Shown: positions 42,313 through 52,137 of the stretch, in pieces | Layout of the letters: the number at the start of each line of letters is the position of its first letter | How positions within the stretch are numbered: position 1 is the stretch's first letter | NCBI GenBank assembly: GCA_965217895.1 | Contig: CBDCJV010000002.1 | Location: forward strand, 512,001-576,000 | From: Waterburya sp. | GTDB lineage: Bacteria > Cyanobacteriota > Cyanobacteriia > Cyanobacteriales > Xenococcaceae | Length of the DNA: 64,000 nt | Direction: 5' to 3' | The notes under the pieces: generated by a model | What the model saw: only the letters and a program-made list of their open reading frames with translations | Told to the model about the DNA's origin: nothing | Database searches by the model: none | Program-made: the position numbers and the translations under genes

Positions 42313-42984
42313 TCAGCTTTTAATAAAATCAATGACTTGACGTACCAGTCCAATTTTGGTGACAATTAATACTGTTGAATCAGATTCTAAAATCGTATTG
42401 CCATTAGGAATTATCAAATCATCGTGAGGATGAGTTTGATAGCCGATAATCAAAGAACCCGCAGGAAATCTTGGGTCTTGGGCAATTTCTGCCACACTAC
42501 GACCTGCCACATAGAAATTTTTGGGAACGGTAAGTTTTATTACTTCTATCTGTCCTTGATCGAAATGTATCATCGATTCCACTTGCGGATACTCGATCGC
42601 ATTAACCATCTCTGAAACTGCTAGATCGATAGTACTAATAATATGAGTAGCTCCTGTAAAAGATAAGGGTTCGGCAAAATCGCGATGGCGCATTCGAGAG
42701 ATAATTTGAGGAACACCGTAATTTTTACCTAGCGCAACTAGTGCCAAATTTAAAGCATCATTTCGCAAGACGGCAGCCACCGCATCGGCTTTACGAATTC
42801 CCGCTTCTAATAATATTTCTGTTTTCACAGCACTACCTTCAAAAGTCATTACTCCCACTTGCTCGCGGGCATAGTGACAAGCTTTAGGATCGAGATCGAC
42901 CACGGCAACAGTATGCCCAAGTTCTACTAGTTTTTGGGCTAGACTTAGCCCGATTAATCCTGCTCCCCCAATAAGTACGTACAT
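42313..42984 (-). CDS. TrkA-family RCK protein
   Basis: GGAGLIG NAD-binding motif; TrkA-C segment IIPNG.T.L. Confidence 0.9.
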   Translation of the reverse strand: MYVLIGGAGLIGLSLAQKLVELGHTVAVVDLDPKACHYAREQVGVMTFEGSAVKTEILLEAGIRKADAVAAVLRNDALNLALVALGKNYGVPQIISRMRHRDFAEPLSFTGATHIISTIDLAVSEMVNAIEYPQVESMIHFDQGQIEVIKLTVPKNFYVAGRSVAEIAQDPRFPAGSLIIGYQTHPHDDLIIPNGNTILESDSTVLIVTKIGLVRQVIDFIKS

Positions 42985-43041
42985 AGTTGTTTAATTTGTC
43001 GAACATCTTAATTTCTTTGAGCTACTGCGCGAGAATCATCT

Positions 43042-43626
43042 TTAAGTATGGGATTCTTTTTTAAACTGAGAAATAGATTCAGTTACAAGTTCACGTCTTT
43101 TCAAAGTCGATTTCTCTGGCTCGCTTTGAGATAATTGAGAAACAGAATTGCTAGTTTTATACACAATCAAAACCGAACAGGGAGCATGGTGGGTTACATA
43201 ATTGCTAACACTGCCCAAAAACATCTCTTTAATACCAGTCAAACCTCTGCTACCGACCAAGATCAGATCTGCTGACCATGTTTGAGCTAAATCGCAAATA
43301 GTCCGCCCAGGATTGCCCAAATTTTGGGTAAATTCGGCGTTAATTCCTACTTTAGTTGCTTCCTCAGCAGTTCCTCGCAGCATTTCTAATCCTTCCTGTT
43401 CAAATTTCTGCCACCGCTCTTGATAAGCTTCGATGATAGTGGAGTCAAAGGGATCGTATTCTAGACCAGAATAAATTGTCGGAGTGGGAAAATCCCGTTC
43501 CTCAGAGGATAAAACGTGCAGCAGCATTAAGCTAGCACCGCTTGTTTTTGCCAGAGACATAGCAGCTTCAAAAACCTTTCTACTTGCTGCCGAACGATCT
43601 ATTGCTACCAAAATTTTGTTAAACAT
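43042..43626 (-). CDS. Universal stress protein
   Basis: USP motifs; close paralog of 53627..54172. Confidence 0.95.
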   Translation of the reverse strand: MFNKILVAIDRSAASRKVFEAAMSLAKTSGASLMLLHVLSSEERDFPTPTIYSGLEYDPFDSTIIEAYQERWQKFEQEGLEMLRGTAEEATKVGINAEFTQNLGNPGRTICDLAQTWSADLILVGSRGLTGIKEMFLGSVSNYVTHHAPCSVLIVYKTSNSVSQLSQSEPEKSTLKRRELVTESISQFKKESHT

Positions 43627-43665
43627 CTTAATTACCTCACTTAAATATATATATATGCCAGCAAT

Positions 43666-43683
43666 TTGAGGAACTTATGAGGA
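43666..43683 (-). promoter_or_regulatory. Island direct-repeat box upstream of usp-trkA-DUF3124
   Basis: TCCTCATAAGTTCCTCAA-N10-TATATA. Confidence 0.85.
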
Positions 43684-43829
43684 AAATTTTTCTATAAAAG
43701 ATCTGCTCTTTCCAAGTCGCTAAGGGAAATAAATTTTGCTTTGGCGAATTTGCCAATCTAATACCCTTACTCAATTTGCTAATGCTGCTCATGTAGTTGA
43801 AGCCATCGAAGAGTTTAGTGATTAAACAT

Positions 43830-44300
43830 TTAAATACCGTTCGATGTTTTTGAATTATCTTTGTTATCTGAATTGATTGGTAATATTTCTGGCTGAATTA
43901 AGCTTTGCCAATCGAGCTTTATTTCAACCCCAGTTTGGTTGAATATATATGTACTGTTGCTACGATAGCTAACACCGCGATACTTTAGCTCATAATTCGG
44001 CTGAGATATTAGATTCACATTTTGGTCTTGTTGGTTGGAAGGTAAACCTCGATTTTCTCTCGACCAGATAGAATTATTTTCCTGATTCGACTTTGCTGGC
44101 TGTTTTTTTTTTCTTCGACAACGTTCTAAAAACCGAACTAAATCGTATTGGTAACAACTTTCTAAATGTTCAATTTTATATATACGCCAAAACTCAAACG
44201 GGTTAACAATAGTTACGCAAGTAGAGTTGGAAAATATTTGTCTGAAATATTTCTGCATTGGAAATTTTATTGCCGTTTTACCTTCTTCTCTAGCTTTCAT
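43830..44300 (-). CDS. Hypothetical protein with LKYRGVSY motif; paralog of 2917..3387
   Basis: NPFEFWRIYKIEHLESC ... ELKYRGVSY. Confidence 0.65.
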   Translation of the reverse strand: MKAREEGKTAIKFPMQKYFRQIFSNSTCVTIVNPFEFWRIYKIEHLESCYQYDLVRFLERCRRKKKQPAKSNQENNSIWSRENRGLPSNQQDQNVNLISQPNYELKYRGVSYRSNSTYIFNQTGVEIKLDWQSLIQPEILPINSDNKDNSKTSNGI

Positions 44301-44347
44301 CAGAAAAGTTTCCTTAATAATTATTACTTTAAGACTAGGTAAACAAG

Positions 44348-44365
44348 TTGAGGAACTTATGAGAA
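44348..44365 (-). promoter_or_regulatory. Island direct-repeat box upstream of 43830..44300
   Basis: TTCTCATAAGTTCCTCAA-N10-TAGTCT. Confidence 0.85.
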
Positions 44366-44442
44366 AAAGCTAACTAAAATTGTAAATAGCTATTAATTTG
44401 TAGCTACATATTAGTTTTCTCAACCTCAAAACAGAGTAAAAA

Positions 44443-44910
44443 TTGTTAGAAATTTATTCTCCTTCATTACAAGAAGTATCAATCATCAGTTTAAGGCTAG
44501 TTAATGCTGTATTTATTGGTGCAGTTATTGGCTGGGAAAGAGAAGCCAAGGATAAACCTGCTGGATTGAGAACTCATATGTTGGTGAGTTTGGGAGCAGC
44601 TATTTTTGTTCTCATACCAATCTTGACTGGGGATATCTCCAAAAGTCCTGATGCGCTTTCTCGTATAATCCAAGGTATTGCTACTGGTGTTGGTTTTTTA
44701 GGAGCGGGAGAAATATTGCATATATCTCAATCCCAGACAGCCAAATATAGGATTCGCGGACTAACATCAGCAGCAGCTATTTGGATTTCTGCTGCTTTGG
44801 GTTTAGCTGCTGGATGTGGATTATGGCATTTAAGCTTAATTGGAGCTTTACTGAGTCTAATTATTTTGAGAATCTTGAAAATAGTTGAGCGTTACCACCG
44901 CCGAGAGTAA
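44443..44910 (+). CDS. MgtC/SapB-family membrane protein
   Basis: IGWERE...PAGLRTH.LV, G.ATGVGFLGAG.I, GLTSAA.IW. Confidence 0.92.
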   Translation: MLEIYSPSLQEVSIISLRLVNAVFIGAVIGWEREAKDKPAGLRTHMLVSLGAAIFVLIPILTGDISKSPDALSRIIQGIATGVGFLGAGEILHISQSQTAKYRIRGLTSAAAIWISAALGLAAGCGLWHLSLIGALLSLIILRILKIVERYHRRE

Positions 44911-44955
44911 TTGATTTGGCGTTGCACCATGATGGGATGGTGAAGTAATAGGTGA

Positions 44956-45210
44956 TAGGCAATCGTGACAAGTTAAGGGACTACGCTGTTTGTCAATCGG
45001 TTATAAGCTCTTAGCTCTTATGCGTAGCGGTATCCTTTAGGGCAGCTATTAACTATTAGCTTTTGAGGCGTTTTCGCCGAACTCTAACTCTCTAAAAGGC
45101 GATCGCCATTCAAATCAGTTCTAATCCATATTTGGTGTTATCTAAGATATAAGTCACTATCTGTAGTACTTGACTAAAACTGTCTTTTCTTAACTTGTCA
45201 CCAATGCCTA
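44956..45210. mobile_element. 255-bp MITE (family A)
   Basis: 22-bp TIR TAGGCAATCGTGACAAGTTAAG / CTTAACTTGTCACCAATGCCTA; second copy at 38115-38388. Confidence 0.8.
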
Positions 45211-45286
45211 TTACCTCAACAAATTAATGTGGTCTATCCAATCGAAAACTGCTGTAAATACCGTTAATAGAATCATTTTCCTGGTA

Positions 45287-45304
45287 TTGAAGAACTTATG
45301 AGCA
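45287..45304 (-). promoter_or_regulatory. Orphan island box with no downstream gene
   Basis: TGCTCATAAGTTCTTCAA; no TA-initial hexamer 10 nt downstream. Confidence 0.55.
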
Positions 45305-45312
45305 AATCTTTC

Positions 45313-47130
45313 CTATGAGTTATATGGAACTTTGCCATTTAAAGTTGCGTTATAAGTAATCCACTGGGGTCTGCCAATAACTATCTTATGTTGAGCAAAA
45401 GCACGTCGTATCCGCAAACGATATTCTCGACCCACTAACCATTGTTGCAGGGGTGCGGTTTTAATCCAAACTCTGATTAGCATTCCCGTATGGGATATAC
45501 TATCGATACCCAAAATTTCGGGAGAATCGAGAATTTTATCTTGCCATTCGGGGTTATGATGCATCTCATTAGCTACTGACTCTAGTATCTTTAATACTTT
45601 ATCGGGATCGTTTTCATAAGCGACTTCGATAGTAAAATCGACTCGCGACCAAAGGCGGGTTAAATTCCTGACCTCAGCGATCGCACTATTGGGGATGGTG
45701 ATTAGCTGTCCTTCAGGATTACGCAATTGAGTTAAGCGCAGATTGAATTCTTCGACAAAACCATCCATGCCGTTAATAATAATCACATCTCCTACTGCAA
45801 AACGATCCTCTAAAAGAATCAAGCAGCCGTTAACCACATCTTTAATTAGGCTTTGTGTGCCAAAAGAGATTGCCAAACCAATTACCGCACCCCCTGCCAA
45901 AATCGAACTAGCGGAAATGTTGAACAACGCCAGAGTCAGAACAATTCCTATTGAAAAAGAAATAAAGGTCATAAATCCTTTTGAAGCTGTAGCAATAGTT
46001 GTCAAGCGCAAAGATTTACGCTGTGATTCGCCAAAAGATAGATAAGGATTGTCTTTCCAGGCATTTATCGAGCGTTGAATAAAAGTTTTACTAATTTGTA
46101 ATAATAAAGTTACTAAAAACCAAACTGCTAACAACTGCAAGGGGTGAGATGCTACTGCTTTGCTCCAGCGCATTAGAATTGGCAACCGAGTTGTAATCCC
46201 ATAGATTCCTAAGTACCAAGTGAGAATAACCAACCAGACTAATAGCCAGCGCCAAGATTTGTAAGCACTCAAACGCTTTTCCAAAGAAGCTCGATCGGCG
46301 AAAAGATTGGGGTCTTTAGTTTCCTGGGTTGCAGCTACTTCAGATTCTACATTATCGCCAGACACTTCATTTTGCGCCTCAGATTGCATCTTCGCAGTTG
46401 CCGACTTTAAAGCTTCAATCCCCGCTTCATATTTCATCTGTAACTTGACTAGTCGCCGACCCAACCACCAATAAATTAAGACTAAAATAATGCTAGCGAC
46501 AATAACGCCCACTAAAATAGCGATCGCCTCTCCTAACCGATGTCGAATTACTTGCGAAGAATACAAATATTCAACCTCACTAATTTTTCCCTGTAGAGAC
46601 TTTTGCCACTCCCGAACAATTTTTTCGGGATTTTGACTGTAAAAATTAACATCTGCTTGAGTAACGGTAGCAATAGTCAAGGGACGTAAACTGCGATCGT
46701 ATTGGATCTGGACTACAGGACGATTATTTAAGGTAGAAGTAATTACCTGAGCGGAAGTTTTAGGCTTTTGTTTGGCGACTTCGGGACGAAATATTTTCGT
46801 AACGATATCACCTCTAATCCTGCTAGTGGTCAACCACAGCAAGGCTTCGATATTTTTCGCCCTCATTTCCACTGGCAGGCGATCTGATTCTAAACTACTG
46901 CGATCTATGACTGTAGGGGCTGCAATTTGAAATAACTCCTCATTATCAAGGGGAAACTTGACCCAAGCTACTTCTAGACTGCCGTATCTGATTACCTCTA
47001 GGGGTTGTAAATCGTTGCTGTTGCTATCTGTATTTAAAGAAAATTGTCCGATTGCCGAAAATTGCCAGATAATTACAAATATAAATGCTAAAAAAAAGGT
47101 TATGAGAAAGCGAATTGGAGATTTTTTCAT
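45313..47130 (-). CDS. MscS-family mechanosensitive channel with large periplasmic N-terminus
   Basis: G.AISFG.Q.LIKD..NG..IL.ED.F.VGD, G.VE...LR.T.LR...G.LI.IPNS. Confidence 0.9.
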   Translation of the reverse strand: MKKSPIRFLITFFLAFIFVIIWQFSAIGQFSLNTDSNSNDLQPLEVIRYGSLEVAWVKFPLDNEELFQIAAPTVIDRSSLESDRLPVEMRAKNIEALLWLTTSRIRGDIVTKIFRPEVAKQKPKTSAQVITSTLNNRPVVQIQYDRSLRPLTIATVTQADVNFYSQNPEKIVREWQKSLQGKISEVEYLYSSQVIRHRLGEAIAILVGVIVASIILVLIYWWLGRRLVKLQMKYEAGIEALKSATAKMQSEAQNEVSGDNVESEVAATQETKDPNLFADRASLEKRLSAYKSWRWLLVWLVILTWYLGIYGITTRLPILMRWSKAVASHPLQLLAVWFLVTLLLQISKTFIQRSINAWKDNPYLSFGESQRKSLRLTTIATASKGFMTFISFSIGIVLTLALFNISASSILAGGAVIGLAISFGTQSLIKDVVNGCLILLEDRFAVGDVIIINGMDGFVEEFNLRLTQLRNPEGQLITIPNSAIAEVRNLTRLWSRVDFTIEVAYENDPDKVLKILESVANEMHHNPEWQDKILDSPEILGIDSISHTGMLIRVWIKTAPLQQWLVGREYRLRIRRAFAQHKIVIGRPQWITYNATLNGKVPYNS

Positions 47131-47177
47131 AGAAAATTTCTAAATTGAAGCGATCGCGCAACGACGATATTTAATTA

Positions 47178-47825
47178 TTAATGGAATAAACTTGGTGCAG
47201 CATCTCTTAGCAGGGCAAAGACACCATCGGCAATTAGCTGCACGGCGATTGCCAAAATAAAGAAACCTAACACTCGATTAATCGCACCTATGGTGTTTTT
47301 TCTCAATCTTTTGAGTAAAGGTTCTCCCAGCGACAGAAAACAATAAAGAGTTATGCCCAATAAAACAATACCCAACAAACATCCTAAATAGTAAATGACA
47401 TCGTGGGTGGCTGATGCCCCTCTGCCTATGGCAACGCCAATCGCCCCAGGACCACTAACCAAAGGAACTGCCATGGGCGTAAAGGAAATATCATCTTGGT
47501 CTACTGCTGCTTGCCCTTCTGACTTGCTAAGACGCTGGCGAACCGCGACCATTTCCCAAGCAGTATGAGCAACTAGCAACCCTCCCGCAATCTGGAGAAC
47601 TCCCAAGGAGAGTCCAAAGAATTCGAGAATTAATCTACCCGCAACGAGAAAAACTGCCAGCACCCAAACTACATTAATTGCTGTCAATCGAGCTTGGCTA
47701 CCTCGAAACCGAGGAGTATCCTCTGCGGTCAAACTGTAAAAGATGGGAATCGCACCTATGGGATTGGCGATCGCGAATAAAGATAAAAACGTCCCTGCTG
47801 TTGAAGAAAATAACTGATGCAGCAT
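47178..47825 (-). CDS. MarC-family membrane protein
   Basis: LFAIANP.GA.P.F, P.AVPL..GPGAI, R..G..I.AIAVQ. Confidence 0.9.
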   Translation of the reverse strand: MLHQLFSSTAGTFLSLFAIANPIGAIPIFYSLTAEDTPRFRGSQARLTAINVVWVLAVFLVAGRLILEFFGLSLGVLQIAGGLLVAHTAWEMVAVRQRLSKSEGQAAVDQDDISFTPMAVPLVSGPGAIGVAIGRGASATHDVIYYLGCLLGIVLLGITLYCFLSLGEPLLKRLRKNTIGAINRVLGFFILAIAVQLIADGVFALLRDAAPSLFH

Positions 47826-47827
47826 AA

Positions 47828-48973
47828 TTAACTAACCTGCTTACGGAATCGATTGGCACTAAAAGCGATTAGGACTACAGCGAAGATTAATAAAGCGATC
47901 GCATTGTCCCCAATTACCTCTAATCCAACTCCTCTAAGGAGAATAGCACGGACAACGGCAATATAGTGTCGCAGAGGGTTTAGTAGAGACAAGTAAGCGA
48001 AGAAAGGTGGCATACTTTCGAGAGGAGCTAAAGCACCAGAAAGCATCATCATCGGCAGGGTAATAAAAAAAGAAGTAAGGATAACCTGTTGTTTGTTTTT
48101 AGAAACCGTGGTCAGCAAAATGCCAATTGCTTGACAAATAAAGAGATAAATAGCAGATATTGCCATAAATAGCCAAAAGTTACCCCGAAAAGGCACGTTA
48201 AAGATAAAGCGAGTAATGCCTAGCGCAATCAGAACATCTCCCAAAAGTAGCAAAAACAATGGAGCTACTTTCGCTAGCAGTATTTCTCCTGCCGAGGCTG
48301 GAGTCATGAGCAACTGTTCGAGAGTGCCTGTATCCTTTTCCCGTACCGATTCCACTGCGGAGGTAATCGTTCCCATAAGTGTTAATGTAGTTCCCATAAT
48401 TCCAGGAACAAAAAACCAACTGCTAATTAAACCAGGATTATAAAGAAAAGTAGTCCGAGACTCGATTAGGGAAGTAATAGGTTCAACATCAAGCTGACGA
48501 TTGTAACGATTAACAATTTGAGCTATGTAACCACTCGAAACCCCAGCTGTATAGGCATCAACCCCATCCAATAGCACCTGAACTTTGGTTGACGTACCTC
48601 GATCCAAATTACGGTTAAATTCAGGAGGAATGGTAATTCCCACGGCTATTTTTCCCGTTTCTACCTGTTTCCCCAGGATTTGCTGATTGGGGCTGTAACT
48701 TACCACTTCAAAAACCTGATTTTCAGTCAGGGCTGAAACCAGTTCCCGACTTTCCACACTTTGAGCATAATCGACTATGCCTAACTTGATATGTTTAACT
48801 TCAGGACTGAGGCTAGCACCAAAGATGGTTAACTGGACAATGGGCGGGAACAGTAAGAGAAAGATTAATTGTTTATTGCGGAGAATTTGTCCGATCTCCT
48901 TGACGATTAACGCCCAAAGACGACTTTGGAAAAAACCGAATTTCAGGGGTTTGAGAAAATAATTTAATATCAT
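47828..48973 (-). CDS. ABC-2 permease (YbhR-like)
   Basis: REKDTGTLEQLLMTP, LSG...P.ESMP. Confidence 0.9.
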   Translation of the reverse strand: MILNYFLKPLKFGFFQSRLWALIVKEIGQILRNKQLIFLLLFPPIVQLTIFGASLSPEVKHIKLGIVDYAQSVESRELVSALTENQVFEVVSYSPNQQILGKQVETGKIAVGITIPPEFNRNLDRGTSTKVQVLLDGVDAYTAGVSSGYIAQIVNRYNRQLDVEPITSLIESRTTFLYNPGLISSWFFVPGIMGTTLTLMGTITSAVESVREKDTGTLEQLLMTPASAGEILLAKVAPLFLLLLGDVLIALGITRFIFNVPFRGNFWLFMAISAIYLFICQAIGILLTTVSKNKQQVILTSFFITLPMMMLSGALAPLESMPPFFAYLSLLNPLRHYIAVVRAILLRGVGLEVIGDNAIALLIFAVVLIAFSANRFRKQVS

Positions 48974-48979
48974 GACTTA

Positions 48980-50083
48980 CTAATCAGGTAACTGCATTCG
49001 ACGTAAACCCCACCAGGCGATCGCCAGATCGATTATCCCCAGGATAATTAAAGCGGGAAACACATACCAAACTCCTGCCCAGCCAGTGCCTCGCACAAAG
49101 GCATCGCGGGTTAAATCGATATAGTAACGGGCGGGAACTATAAAAGATAGCCAATCCAGGGGAAAAGGAATATTGCTGAGAGGATACATAAAACCAGTTA
49201 GGAGCATGGAAGATAAAGCTTTGATCGTGCCGACTGCTTGAACTGCTGAACTCTGGGCGGTAGTAATTACGCCAATTAATAGCCCGAAGAACACGCTGTC
49301 TAAGAGAAAAATCGGCGTACCTAATAGTAACGGTAGGGGATTTCCTGCAAATCCCAGTTGCCAAATCAGCGAGCCAAGGACCATCAGAAAGATCGCTTCT
49401 GCGATGGCAATGAGGGTATAAGCTAAGGATTTACCTAGCAAAAACTCCATCGCACTGATATTAGAGGCATAAATTTGCACAATGGTACTTTCTTCTTTAT
49501 CCCGTACCATTGCGATCGCCATTAATAAAGAAGGATAGAGCGTCAGGGTAATGGCATAGACTCCAGGTACGATAAACAAAGATTCTTTATTGCCTGGATT
49601 GAACCAGAGACGCACTTGAGTATCTATCCAGTTGGGGAAAGATTGTAAACCAGCACTGGCAGTAAAATAAAGAGTGGTAAATTTGATACTGCTTTGAATT
49701 ACCCTAGCATTAGCCACATCCGAACCATCAATTAAAGCTTGAACTTGAATCGGGTTGCCAGCCTGGAGACGACGTGCAAAATTTGGGGGAATTATTACCG
49801 CTGCTTTTGCCTCGCCTCGATCGAGTGCGCTGCTGGGATTGTTACCAGACAGAGCAACAGGCTTAAATTTATTGGTAGCATACAACCGTTCGATGTATGC
49901 CCGACTGAGAGGACTATTATCAAAATCTCGCACCGCTAGGGGAATATTTTGGGACTCCAAACGAATGGCAAAACCGAAGATTAGCAGGGTTGCTAAAGGT
50001 AAGATAAAAGCTAGTGCCACCGTTAGGCGATCGCGACGAAATTGATTCAGTTCTTTGACACATTGATTCCAAATCTTTTTCAT
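48980..50083 (-). CDS. ABC-2 permease (YbhS-like)
   Basis: KE..Q..RDR, WFNP......F.VPG, GF.YP..NIP. Confidence 0.9.
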   Translation of the reverse strand: MKKIWNQCVKELNQFRRDRLTVALAFILPLATLLIFGFAIRLESQNIPLAVRDFDNSPLSRAYIERLYATNKFKPVALSGNNPSSALDRGEAKAAVIIPPNFARRLQAGNPIQVQALIDGSDVANARVIQSSIKFTTLYFTASAGLQSFPNWIDTQVRLWFNPGNKESLFIVPGVYAITLTLYPSLLMAIAMVRDKEESTIVQIYASNISAMEFLLGKSLAYTLIAIAEAIFLMVLGSLIWQLGFAGNPLPLLLGTPIFLLDSVFFGLLIGVITTAQSSAVQAVGTIKALSSMLLTGFMYPLSNIPFPLDWLSFIVPARYYIDLTRDAFVRGTGWAGVWYVFPALIILGIIDLAIAWWGLRRMQLPD

Positions 50084-52137
50084 GATTCGCTCCGTTGCGA
50101 TCGCTGGACAATGCTAATAAAAGAATCTTCCAAGGAAAAAGGAATAGCTTGAAAAGAACCTACTTCTAACTGGGCATTTTGCAGCAGCGATCGCACTTGA
50201 GGCATTTCTAGATCGGGATTATCGAGAATCAGGTGTAGGCGATCGCCAAATAGAGATACTCGCCAAGAATCTAACTGCTGTTTGAGTAAATTGGCAGCAG
50301 CCTGGGGTTGTTTAACTATTACTTCAAATAGTTGACCTGGTTGGTTTGTTTTGATTTGGCTGGGTGTTCCCTGTGCCACTACTTCTCCTGCAACCATAAA
50401 GCACATCTGATGGCAGTGTTCGGCTTCTTCTAAATAGTGAGTTGTCACTAGTACGGCTGTTCCGTGGTGGGCTAAGTCTTCAATCAACCGCCAGAATTGA
50501 CGACGAGCCAGAGGATCGACCCCAGAAGTGGGTTCATCTAAAAACAAAATTTCTGGTTCGTGCATCACCGCAGCCCCAAATGCTACCCGTTGTTTCCAGC
50601 CTCCAGGCAATTGTCCCGTAATCATCTTTTCTTTACCTTGCAAACCACAAATCTCTAAAACCCAGTCAATTTTAGTTTGGCGATGTCGGCGAGGAATGCC
50701 ATAGACTCCGCAGTAAAATTTGAGGTTTTCAATAATCGACAGGTCATCATAGAGGGTAAATTTCTGACTCATGTAGCCCAGACGTTGACGGAGTTGGCTA
50801 CTGCGTAAGTTACTGGTTTGACCTGCTAGGGTAATATCTCCGCCACTTGCTTCCAGCAAACCGCACAGCATTTTGATGGTGGTAGTTTTACCCGCCCCAT
50901 TTGCTCCTAATAAGCCGTAAATCTCGCCGTAACCGATTTCTAAGGTTACATTTTTGACAGCCTGGAAATTGCCAAAGGTTTTGCTGAGATTATTAGTACC
51001 GATTGCACCCTCGACAGTTCCTATAACGGGGCGGTCGTCACGAGCTTCTGGGGAAACCCCAGAAGACGCGACCTTGGGAACCCCCGCAACGGACTGTCTC
51101 GCAATTTGTCCTTTTTGATAGGTGCGTGGCGGATTGAGACGGGGCAAAGGAATAAAGGGAGGAGCGAACCCCTGTTGACGCAGACGGTTGACAAAGACAT
51201 TTTCTAAAGTTGGCTCGGCACGACGAATACTGTTTATCTCTAATTGACTAGCTGCGATCGCATTTCTAACCTGACTTTCCCCCATCTCAGGATTTTGAAC
51301 TAATACGTCCAGGCGATCGCCAAAAGTTTGTACGTCAGCAAAATCGGTAGGATGTTCGCTTAGGCTTTGTTCGGCTGCTTCTAACTGGTCAACGCGAACC
51401 TCTAAACGATGCAAACCCAGACTATTTCTAAGTTCGGCTGGTGTACCTGTCTGCTGAATCTGTCCTTCGTGCATCAGTGCTACCCGATGACAGCGTTCGG
51501 CTTCGTCCATATAAGGAGTAGCAACTACCATGGTCATTCCTGCTTCAGAAAGAGCAGCCAGCACATCCCAAAATTCTCGGCGAGATACGGGATCGACTCC
51601 CGTTGTCGGCTCATCCAAGAGCAACACCTGGGGTTGAGAAATCAAAGCACAGCAGAGAGCGAGTTTCTGCTTCATACCTCCAGAAAGTTTACCCGCCAAA
51701 CGGTCGGAAAACTGTTCTAGATTCATCAACCGCAGATATTTACTGCTTCTTTGGGCTAAATCTTTTGCAGAAATCTCGCGCAACCCCGCACTATAACAGA
51801 TGTTTTCCACCAAGCTCAAATCTAAATAAAGGGAAAACTTTTGAGTCAAATAGCCAATTGCTAAACGAGCCTCGCGAGGAATTTTACCAACTACCTCTAC
51901 TTTACCTGCGGTGGCAGACATTACCCCTGCCAGAATTTGAAAAGTGGTGGTTTTTCCCGCTCCATCGGGTCCAATTAAGCCAAAGATTTCCCCTGGCTGC
52001 ACGGTAAAATCAATGCCTCGTATCGCTGCCAATTTACCGTAATTCTTTTGCAGACCTTTAACTTCAATATCGGGAAAATGGTTAACTGGTAATTTCTCGG
52101 TAGCCACCGATGCAGGATCTAATTTGCTAGAATTCAT
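50080..52137 (-). CDS. Dual-domain ABC ATPase (YbhF-like) with a 32-aa in-frame linker insertion
   Basis: GPDGAGKTT, LSGGMKQK, GANGAGKTT, LDEPT twice. Confidence 0.92.
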   Translation of the reverse strand: MNSSKLDPASVATEKLPVNHFPDIEVKGLQKNYGKLAAIRGIDFTVQPGEIFGLIGPDGAGKTTTFQILAGVMSATAGKVEVVGKIPREARLAIGYLTQKFSLYLDLSLVENICYSAGLREISAKDLAQRSSKYLRLMNLEQFSDRLAGKLSGGMKQKLALCCALISQPQVLLLDEPTTGVDPVSRREFWDVLAALSEAGMTMVVATPYMDEAERCHRVALMHEGQIQQTGTPAELRNSLGLHRLEVRVDQLEAAEQSLSEHPTDFADVQTFGDRLDVLVQNPEMGESQVRNAIAASQLEINSIRRAEPTLENVFVNRLRQQGFAPPFIPLPRLNPPRTYQKGQIARQSVAGVPKVASSGVSPEARDDRPVIGTVEGAIGTNNLSKTFGNFQAVKNVTLEIGYGEIYGLLGANGAGKTTTIKMLCGLLEASGGDITLAGQTSNLRSSQLRQRLGYMSQKFTLYDDLSIIENLKFYCGVYGIPRRHRQTKIDWVLEICGLQGKEKMITGQLPGGWKQRVAFGAAVMHEPEILFLDEPTSGVDPLARRQFWRLIEDLAHHGTAVLVTTHYLEEAEHCHQMCFMVAGEVVAQGTPSQIKTNQPGQLFEVIVKQPQAAANLLKQQLDSWRVSLFGDRLHLILDNPDLEMPQVRSLLQNAQLEVGSFQAIPFSLEDSFISIVQRSQRSES

